A stretch of 64,000 nucleotides of DNA, from assembly GCF_036588685.1 (NCBI RefSeq), contig NC_086380.1, positions 24,428,001-24,492,000 on the forward strand, given 5' to 3'. Each line of letters starts with the position of its first letter. Position 1 is the first letter of the stretch. Below the pieces are notes generated by a model. It did not search any database and was not told the DNA's origin. It was given only the letters and a program-made list of their open reading frames with translations. The position numbers were made by a program, and so were the translations under genes. Below, piece after piece: positions 54,455 to 64,000 of the stretch. The DNA is from Mytilus trossulus (lineage: Eukaryota).

Positions 54455-54663
54455 GGTGGAAGACCTAGGTTAAGGGAAATAACTCTTAAAATCATCAGTA
54501 CGTTTGTGTCAACCATTTTCATAAATATATTTGAAGCTTCTAGGTTAAATAGATTATTTTCAATCTTTTTCAGGTAAATGCTTAAAATACATTGATGAAA
54601 CGTGACTTTTACAAACACATAACTGATTTAAAGAGTTATCTCCCTGAACCAAGGTCTACCACC
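54455..54663. mobile_element. 209-bp TTAA-flanked MITE
   Basis: TTAA|GGTGGAAGACCTAGGTTAAGGGAAATAACTCTTAAAATC with its ~39-bp imperfect inverse ending ..GGTCTACCACC|TTAA. Confidence 0.9.
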
Positions 54664-55132
54664 TTAAACAGCTTTAACTTGAACCAGAAAGAGTAAGAAA
54701 TTCTGCTTGAACTGTGACTGGGAAAGATACCAATATTTCAATGATAATCTACGCCAATGGTATTCGGTATACACAAGTATGAAGACCATATAAACTGCTG
54801 AAGCAATGATCATTAGGAGGCATTAGTTCAAATCAGATAAGAATACGAAGACTGTTCAATAATAAGATTACACATATACGAATTACTTCAGTTTCAATCA
54901 TCCTTTCACTTGCCTGTATATCCAGGTACTTGTGAAACACTGTCAGTGTCTGTCTGAGCACACAAAAGATGACAAACAAAAGGTTTGAATAATTTAAATT
55001 GTACAATTGATGTTGTAAAATTAGGGAATTGTTGTTTTATTGACTGCTACAGAAAAATTTATGACCGCACTATTTGTCAGTAAACAATGCACTTCTTTTT
55101 TATGCTAATACATTGTTGTTACTGTTTTTTAG

Positions 55133-56713
55133 AGTGTCAGAGCTGTTCATGAATGAAAAAAATATATTCTTCGCTCTGTAAATCAGGATATTGCTTGTAA
55201 ATCTGTCCTAGAAAATCTGAAAGAAGACGAGATGTTAGTTGAACGTGATTGGGCCATGAAGTTTATTCCAATGCAATACAGAGAATCTCAATCTAATTGG
55301 TTCGGTAAACGGGGACTCAATTGGCATGTTACTGTTGCAACTTTCAAATACAGACAGGCCTTGACAATGCATACTGTTATTCACATCTTTGACAGTGCAC
55401 CCCAAGATGCTGAGACATCAAATGCTGTTCTTGGGAACAGTTTAGAGATTTTTCATCAAATTAATCCTTGCCTGACAAATGCCTCTCGATCTGATAATGC
55501 TGGATGTTTTCATGGAGCAGCATCTGTATGTGCCATGCCATTTCTTTCATCCATTGTTCAATGTAAAAGAATGGATTTTGCAGACCCTCAAGGTGGAAAG
55601 TCCATCTGTGACAGAAAAGCTGCCCATGTCAAATCATACATCAGACGATACGTCAATGAGGGCAATGATGTATGTACAGCAATGGATTTTAAAAATGCAT
55701 TAATGAAATCAAACATAAAGAAAGTGTCTGTGGTTGTTGCACTTCAACCTCCTAAATCTGACAGCAAGAAGAAAGAACCTACTGTTTTTAAACTGCCAAA
55801 GATCACAACTGTAAATAACTTTTCGTTCAAAAATGGTGGAGTGCAAGTTTGGAGGCAGTATGGAATAGGACAAGGCTGTCATATTCCTGCTGTTGATATG
55901 GCAACTACTAGGGATCTACCAGAACTAACCATTATTGAAACTTATCTAAATCAACAGACAGAAACAGATGTCAGACAGACAGAAACAGAAGTCGGACAGA
56001 CAGAAACAGAAGTTAGACAAGCAGGAATCATAGAAGCTGAAGTCCCTCTTCAGGAACCTGTAACACAAGAAAATGAAATTGAAGTTGAATCTTTAGTCAA
56101 TGACAACACTGTAACTACAGGTGACAAACCAAATGATGATGTTGATTCTGTCACAGAAGAAGAAATGTCTAATTTGTTTTCTTGTAATGAATGTACAAAA
56201 ACATTTAGCAAATATGGTAATCTGTTGCGTCATCTGGATATTGGAAAGCATAGTGTAAAAAAGGAAAATAAGAAACTTTCTGACAAATCAAAGATTGAAT
56301 ATTCCAGGCATATGGAAAAGGTCAATACTGTAACTGTTAATTCAAATAACTTTTCTTCTGGTAATTCTAACAGTGATCTTACACAGGGATGGGCATTAAA
56401 GATAAGGAGAACAGTCAAAAGGTTTACCCAGGACCAAAAGAAGTATCTTCAAGAAAAGTTCGACAGAGGTGAAAAAACTGGACAGAAGTTTGATCCGGAT
56501 GAAGTATCCCAGGATATGAGAATGGTAAGAACAACAAGTGGACGAAAACGTTTTTCCCAAGAAGAGTTCCTATCGACAACACAGATAGCTAGTTACTTTA
56601 GTCGTCTTGTATTAAATAAACGCAAATTATACAATCCTTTGTATACAGCAGATGATGAACAAGCAGAAACAGCTGAAGCAGAATTTATAGAACTGAATTT
56701 AGTAGCAGCTTAA
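55133..56713 (+). pseudogene. Sola3-like DDD transposase exon with C2H2 finger and C-terminal helical domain; in-frame TGA at 55154-55156
   Basis: RDWAMKFIP..RESQSNWFGKRG, RSDNAGCFHG, DPQGGKSICDR carry three acidic residues; FSCNECTKTFSKYGNLLRHLDIGKH; frame extends upstream as VHE*KKYILRSVNQD after a tttttttag acceptor. Confidence 0.7.
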
Positions 56714-58399
56714 TGACAAGTTTTATGAAGGTTTAAATCTTTCTGACAAAGATACACTACATATGATGTAAATTTTTATATTAATGAGTATTTTGATTGA
56801 TTAGAACATTTTCATGTTCAGGGGTTTATGTTTAATTGAAAATCAATATAAATTGTTTGCATCATTTGATTAGTAAATAAAAATATTAAGATTATTATTT
56901 CTACAAATAATTCAAAGTCAGACAATTCCTTATATGTGCAATGTTTTGCATTGTAATATACTTAAAAATAAAAAGCCTACAAGAACCAACAGTCACATTT
57001 TTTTTTAGAGTTTACCTCCCTTCTTTATTCAATTAAACTGTTCTCTCAAATTTTCAGAATTTACTGATAGTTTTATCAAATTTCTATCCATTTAGATATT
57101 TTTAAGAATTGGAAAAAAAGTTTTTGAACTTACAATTATTAGATTTGCAAGACAGATTAAAATGCACTTTATAAACAATTTTAAAGCATGATATCTATTT
57201 TGATTTAAAAGATTGAAACTGACAATATTAAAACGAAGTTTATATATTAATTTATCTTAAATAAATGTCAAATGTGTTTTATAAAATCATAATTATCAAT
57301 CACATCTATCACATCATAGTGTGTATATAAAAAGGACTAACAAATGAGTGTTTACAAGGTTTCATTATTCATATTTTTTTAATATAAGCAAAAATAAGGA
57401 ATCATATTGTTTTAAAGGTTATTTTTGTTTCATAACTAGGATATAGATATCATCTTTTTTTTCATTTATTGGTTAATACCAGGTGTGTTCTTTTCTGGCT
57501 GACCTGTTTTGGTAGTATAGATTTGGGTTCAGTGCTCAGTATTTTAGTAGCCTGCAGGGATAAATTCAGTTTAGTCTTCTTTAAATGTGTAGTTTGTTTG
57601 TAACTTGTGTAATTGAATGTTATATTCATTTCTCATGTTCAAATATATTTATTAACTGATTATGACTTTGTCTATTATTGATAGCTGTACACTTCGCAAA
57701 CTTTCGAAGATATAAAAGGATGGATACAGTTGCCAAGATATTCCTTCATTAGACAGAATCTGAAAGTGCATCACTGGTCGCTATCTTGTCATTATTGCAG
57801 TCACTTTAAGACTTGTAAATCTTTTAACAATTTGTTGATTAGAACACCAGATCAAATTAATCCAATGCATACAGACATATCATATCATATTATATTCTAA
57901 TCTGTAAAAGAAAAAATTTCACCTAACATTACCATGCAGTTACTGGAATAAGTTCAATTTCTATTTTGCTTATTTTATTGTTTTGTTCTTCTAGCATTCA
58001 CTCTATAAAAAAAAAGATGTGGTATTATTGCAAATGAGACAACTATCCACAAAAGATCAAAAATGACACAAACATTAACAACTATAGGTAACCGTATGGC
58101 CTTCAACAATGAGCATAGCCCATACCGCAAAGTTAGCTATAAAAGGCTCCGATAAGACAATGTAATACAATTCAAACGAGAAAACTAAAGGCCTTATTCA
58201 TGAAAAAAAACCAAATATGTAACACAAACAAACCACAACCACTGAATTACAGGTTGATTCAAATTTAAAGAACTTGATTCCTCATTTAAATTATCAAAAC
58301 CGTATAGTAAATCAATTGTAGTGCAAACACACTGAATGAAAAACATTTACAAGACAAAAATGGAACCAGCTGTTGTCAATCAATAAAAACACACAAACA

Positions 58400-59388
58400 C
58401 GTTTGGATTAAAAGAACTTTTAAGTTCACCCATTTGATGAAAAAATTTCCTTAAAACGGGCAAAATCAACAATTTTGAATTCCTTATGACACAGTTACAT
58501 GAGCATTTATACAGAGCACCCAGATTTTATGAAATATACCTTGAAAATATTTTATTGCAACATAATTTTGATTCAAATCAATATTATACCATGGATCTAA
58601 TTAATTTTTGAAAAACAAAATTAAAATTTCATTTTTGAAAATTTTACTATTTTTTTAATTTTTCCCGAACTTTTTGATATCACAGTGGCATAGTTTTGAC
58701 AGATGCCCACGAAAAACTTATAATTTCTGAAATAATAAGTATGTAAGAAGGATAAAATGATAAAAAATGGTTTGTGTTGAAAAAAAATCAAGACGGACCA
58801 ATATGGAGCTTTGTCCTACCTTTTCATACTTTTTTTCACAATTTTAAAAATGTCAACTTTTGATAATTTTTTTTTCAATTCAATTTTGATTTGCCAGCCA
58901 ATTTTATTTTATTTTTGGTAAATTGGGTCCAATATGAATTGATACATGTAACTCAGTAGACTGGATGTGGTTGTAGATAGATTTTAGAGCTCTTTAAAAG
59001 TTGCTAACTTAGCAATATAAGAAAAAAAAATCAAAATATGCTATTTTCATTTTGCCACGGTTACCAATTTGGTGCTTTTTAAAGAAATAAGTAAGGTAAA
59101 TCTGAAATGGTGTTTTCTTATACTATTTATGAAAAGAGACAGATTTATCTAAAAATGTCTGTTTTTTTTTTTAAATATTTTGGTCTAAAAATGGCAGCAT
59201 TTTCATAATTTTGTTACCAAATTGATGGTTTCCATGACAACAGAATTTTCATACTTGAAAATAGTACAAATAAAAAATAAATTTTTTTTTTTTGTTTTGA
59301 CCCAATATGAATGAAATAAGACCCAAACCATAATGATTTATTTTTTTTTACTTTCCATGTATTGCTTCATGGCTTCTGACTTCTTCTC
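58400..59388 (+). mobile_element. Probable right arm and terminus of the Sola3-like element
   Basis: Ends ..CTTCTGACTTCTTCTC|TTAA; Sola3 elements end in CTC and target TTAA. No left TIR found, and the inner boundary is approximate. Confidence 0.4.
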
Positions 59389-59454
59389 TTAAAGATCATT
59401 CAATGACAAGTAATTACATATTGGTCGGCTTTCATAATATCAAGATTATTTCAT

Positions 59455-59597
59455 AATCCTATGAACTATTTTCAAGACTAAGTAGTAAGAGTAGTTTCAA
59501 TTGTTATAAAGATGTAAAATAGTTGATTATATATGATAAGTTACAGATTAATTGAAACTTCTCTGACTACTTAGTCTAGAAATTAGTTCATAGGATT
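59455..59597. repeat. Inverted repeat, ~48-bp arms around a ~46-bp loop
   Basis: aatcctatgaactattttcaagactaagtagtaagagtagtttcaatt versus the reverse complement of 59550-59597, four mismatches. Confidence 0.85.
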
Positions 59598-60488
59598 TTT
59601 GCTGCAAACGTACAAGCGAGAAAATCGTTTGAAGACCTTGTCAGTGATTTATTAATTCTCATTTATTTCTTTTCCTGTTATCTTTTAATTGATTTTTTTT
59701 TGTTATTATATTTTATATATAATGCTGGCTGTTTGTAATTATATTTTATAAATAATGCTGGCATTACTTTGGATTAAGTTCCGTTAAAACACCCTGTAGC
59801 TAATCCGCATTTATCGAAATGTTTGAAAATTGGCATACGGTATGAGAAAGTTGTAATACTGCCAAATCAGATAATTTTTCGTGTAAATTGATCGTGCGTT
59901 TCTTGAAAAAAAATCGGTAGTAATGGAACTAAAATAGGGCTGTTTTTATGTATTTAGTTTTCTCCCTCGTGTAATCTAATTGCAACTGAATTTTACAGTT
60001 TGTCCTAATGCAATGAATCACTTATTTTTCTTTATACAAATAAGCGGTTTTACACATAAATTGCAAATCTGTCTCAAAATTTGAGGATTTAGGTAAAGAA
60101 CTAGACATATTGTGTACTGTTATTGTACAATCCAAGTTGGTGGTATACAGTAAATCTACCATAAAACGCATTTTAGTGCTATTTATCTTTTAGATATTGA
60201 ACGTACTCTGTAAATGGATATATCAATGAATTGTTTCATATTGTTCATGTCAGGACCTTTTATAGCCGACTATACAGTATGGGTTTTTCTCGTTGTTGAA
60301 GGTTGTACGTTGCATATTTTAGCTTCCATCTACTTCATTTGAACTTTGGTAGATAGTTTCTCATTTGCAGTCATACCCCATCTCCTTTTTATATACCAAA
60401 GATGTTTTTTAAATGAGGGTATTTTTATTGTACGTTTTTTGTTTTTGTTTTAGTTTATCTTTTTATTTTTCATAAACACATTGCGTAA

Positions 60489-61165
60489 AGGGGAATTAGC
60501 TGTCATATTCCAGCTCATCGATTTGACTCAAATTCAAATATTTGATTTATTACATACTAAAACGTATATTCAAATAATAAAAAAGTCTAAGATAAGAAAT
60601 TAACAATGCATGGACTCGATATTATGTATCAACATTTCGTGTGTATTTTAGTCTAGACGCCATCTAATTGGCCATCGAAGTGTCCTTCGAAGAATACCGA
60701 CGGTAATATAACCCGATATTAAAATAACATAGACATAAATAGATAGCGAACACGTGCAATTGATTTTCTCTAGGTCTGTTTGATTTCATAGTGTAGGTTA
60801 AAAAGTATGTTAATAATCGTTTTCACCTGTATTAGAATGCGTTTTTGTGAATCAAATCAGTCAACCAATAGGTAACCCTGGTTTCACTTTCAATGTTGAC
60901 TCACTTTTCCTTTTAACAGCTAAACAAGCCTAGTACATGGATAACCCATCTCCATCTAAGGCGTTGAATTGGAGATCACATGAATACGGATTCAATGAGG
61001 TCGGGTTATTCACTTGCAAGTGAATAATTCATCAGCGATGTTTCTTATCTTATTTTTACAAAATTGACCCAAGCAAATTATCATTTCACTTTTTCACTTC
61101 CATTAATGATTAAACAAACGAACATCATATTTTGATTTTTTGAATATCTCGTAGCTAATGCCCTT
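60489..61165. mobile_element. Older Kolobok-like MITE
   Basis: GTAA|AGGGGAATTAGCTG..ATATTC and GAATATCTCGTAGCTAATGCCCTT|TTAA. Confidence 0.65.
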
Positions 61166-62420
61166 TTAAAGTGTGTAATACAGTTAAACCATAAATGTTA
61201 CTTCTAATACAGCAAAGTTGACTGCTACATTATGGGCTAATCCCCGTCAATATATCTTTTACCGAGAACTCTATCTTTTTCGTCTCTATTAAAAATGAAA
61301 TATTTAATAAAACAGAATATTCTTGTTGATAAATGGAACAATATCTGATATTGCTTTTTATATATTCATATGAAAAAAGTGAATTCACACAAATACCGAA
61401 CTCCGAGGAAAATTCAAAAAAGGAAAGTCTCTAATTAAATGGCAAAATCAAAATCTAAAACACGTCAAACGAATGGATGACAGTATACATTGTAACATAT
61501 TTATTGAAAATAATTCTTTTTTTTTTAAATCAATTGCGCCACTCTAACTGCTACGTTTCTACATCATGTTAATCCAGAAAAAGTTTAATGGTTCAAACCA
61601 CCATTTTTTTCTTAAAATGTCCTGTACCAAGTCAGGAATATGGAAGTTGTTATCAAATAGTCCGTTTCTATGTCTGTTGCCTATTGTTTTTGTTGCAGAT
61701 CACTGTTTCTTTTGTTCCGTTGTTTTCTTCTTCCCGGATTTGTTTTCTCTTAATCGAATTATGACTTTGAACAGCTGTATACTACTATTGCCTATTTTTA
61801 AACTCAATTATGTCTTTTCGTTTCAATACAAAAACATTATCTTGTGTTTTAAAGTATTTTTTTTGGGCTGTAACGGGTTTTGTTTAATTGTATTTTAATT
61901 TTTGTTAAGTTATCGTTCATTGCCGACTTATTCCTGGCTAGTAACATTTACATTGGAGTTCGGTATATTTGTTCTACTTAGTTGTAAAAAAGAATCACGA
62001 GTTGCCAAGATACACATACCCAGTTCGTTAACAGAAGGTATTTGACATCTCCAAAAAGAGCACACTTGTTGCGTTGCCACCACAGGCGTGTATCTCCAGT
62101 CAGCGCATTGGCCGTTTATAGGACGACGACATATCAAGGTGTATATATATTAAACATATACTTCTAAATAGGGGTTCGATCTGCTGATATAAATCTAACT
62201 GCTAAGGCTTCACAGAGACATAAAACTGGTAAAAGTTCACACCCTGTTTATTTCAGTAGTAAGGCACAACATGAATTTATGCAGTGTGACAATAGTAAAT
62301 AATTATACTATATAAACTTATATGATATCTATATATAAACAGAAGGAGTCCCCAGAGGATACATAAAACTTAAAATGGTATGAGATTTATCACTCTCATA
62401 GCTAACTTGCTATATTTCCG

Positions 62421-62615
62421 ATGAGGTGCATATACACCTGAGGTTCAATCGCACCTAAGGTTTAGGTTACGGTATATAAATGAGGTGCGGTTGCACCAAG
62501 GTTCAATTAAGGTAAATGAGGTGCAGTTGCACCAAGGTTCAGTTACACCCAAAGTTCCTGTGCACCCGAGGTTCAAGTGACAGTATAAAAACGAGGTACT
62601 GTTGCACCAAGGTTT
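62421..62615. repeat. Degenerate tandem array of GAGGTGC-x-TTGCACC-AAGGTTCA
   Basis: At least four units, each with a GGTGC/GCACC dyad. Confidence 0.75.
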
Positions 62616-64000
62616 ACAATTTAGTTATAAATGGTCATCTTTAATCAAGGTGCCTTGCCGTTATACGGTGCAGAGACACCGAAAATAGATTTGGTGCGCC
62701 AAATTCAAACTTGGGAAGCACCGCTAAATTTAACTACCGCTATAAACGGATTAAATGCATTAACAGAATCAGTTGATTGGTAAAATCATCTAAATATAAA
62801 ATATAATTTATATTCATAACGTTTCTATAAAGGATCAATAATCCACGAAAGCTTTTAGATAAATATTGATGCACCCGGTGCAACTTCGTTTGACTCCCGG
62901 TGCCAATAAAATAAAAGAATGGTTTCTTTTAATAGAAACACTCAAATAAAGATCCCTAAAAAGGCATAATTATATTAAACTATTACGCGAACGTACCATA
63001 GCTAAATCTGATGCAATATTCTGCTGCGACATTATGAGAAATACTTTAAAAGTTAAACTTCAAGCGAAATAAAAATGAACGTGTCTCAAGAAAGTGAACT
63101 GAGAAGAGTGACGTCACGAGTACGCTGACGTCGCTTTATATATAGAATAATATTAACCAATCAAATAATTCGGTTGACGATCTCCGGGCAAACGTGCTCA
63201 TTTGCGCAAAGATGGTGGTTCTAAGTATCCTCCGGACACTTATGCACAATATTACAAATAATTCAGACTTCACAAAGGATTCACACCTAACTAGATGGAT
63301 AAATAAATGTATTAAAAAGTTAGTAATGCAGGATAAAAGTCATGATATAACAAAAAGTAAGTGAAATTTCATACTGAAGAGGTTCGGGTCCCGACAAAAA
63401 TGGACATTCTGAACGACAAGTTAAAAGTGAAAGTAGACTAAAAATTACAGTATGAGAGCTATTACATATATAAATAAGTATGCAAACAATAAAGAAGGAC
63501 ACAATTCTATGATTCCTACAACATCAAGTCATAATTATTACATAACAACCGTAAACTACTAATTTCGGGGTCCCTTCAACATGTATAAACGACATGTAAA
63601 CAAATCAATTTCCGGTGACATTCCAGAAATGTACTTTAACATCAGATGTAAACAAACGGATACTTACAATGGAACAAGATGGAGTTTAACAGGGATGTGA
63701 ATAACGAAATATCCTAACAACAATAAATAATAACAATATAACATTTAAGACCATTTTAACTCATGAATGGATCATAAAAATTACATATATGTACATACTG
63801 TATGATGTACATGTAAAAAGGAACCAATTTCTGGCCGGCACAACACTGCCCCCTCCTTAGTATGGATTGGTCTCCAATTGGATTGTAAGGTAAGATAAAA
63901 ATATATTATTATCTATACAAAGCCTAAGCGCTTTCTAGTAAGTTAAAAATGTGTACATTATTTTTCAACCATACAATAAGTTAAAAGAATATCTACAGTC

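Noticed and set aside
12243-55156. Alternative genetic code or selenocysteine explaining in-frame stops
   Set aside because: The stops are of all three types (TAG, TAA, TAA, TGA), each one substitution from a plausible sense codon, and all three are also used as normal terminators here.
1-64000. tRNA, rRNA or snRNA genes
   Set aside because: None recognised by eye; tRNAscan-SE and Infernal would be needed to exclude them.

Overview
AT-rich eukaryotic (animal) genomic DNA with spliceosomal introns and many repeats. The repeat families and a ~356-nt hammerhead retrozyme point to a bivalve, most likely Mytilus (inference). Host genes, all on +: (i) a TPR-like gene with a single coding exon (3918-4874); (ii) a three-exon, ~1540-codon NLR-like STAND gene with the architecture HEPN(RNQWAH) - coiled coil - NB-ARC - TPR - right-handed beta-helix - MYND zinc finger - C-terminal domain (12207-20142), carrying two in-frame stops but no frameshift; (iii) a paralogue of (i) with one nonsense codon (30019-30957). 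The rest is mostly mobile DNA: Penelope-like retroelement remnants of two types, a Ty3/Gypsy integrase with PPT and 3' LTR, a Sola3-like DDD transposase, Helitrons, TTAA-, TA- and ATT-flanked MITEs, SINE-like repeats and several hammerhead ribozyme copies. The most interesting items are the HEPN-STAND receptor flanked by TPR paralogues and the hammerhead/Penelope-linked non-autonomous elements. All domain and family calls are by motif recognition only; no searches were run.
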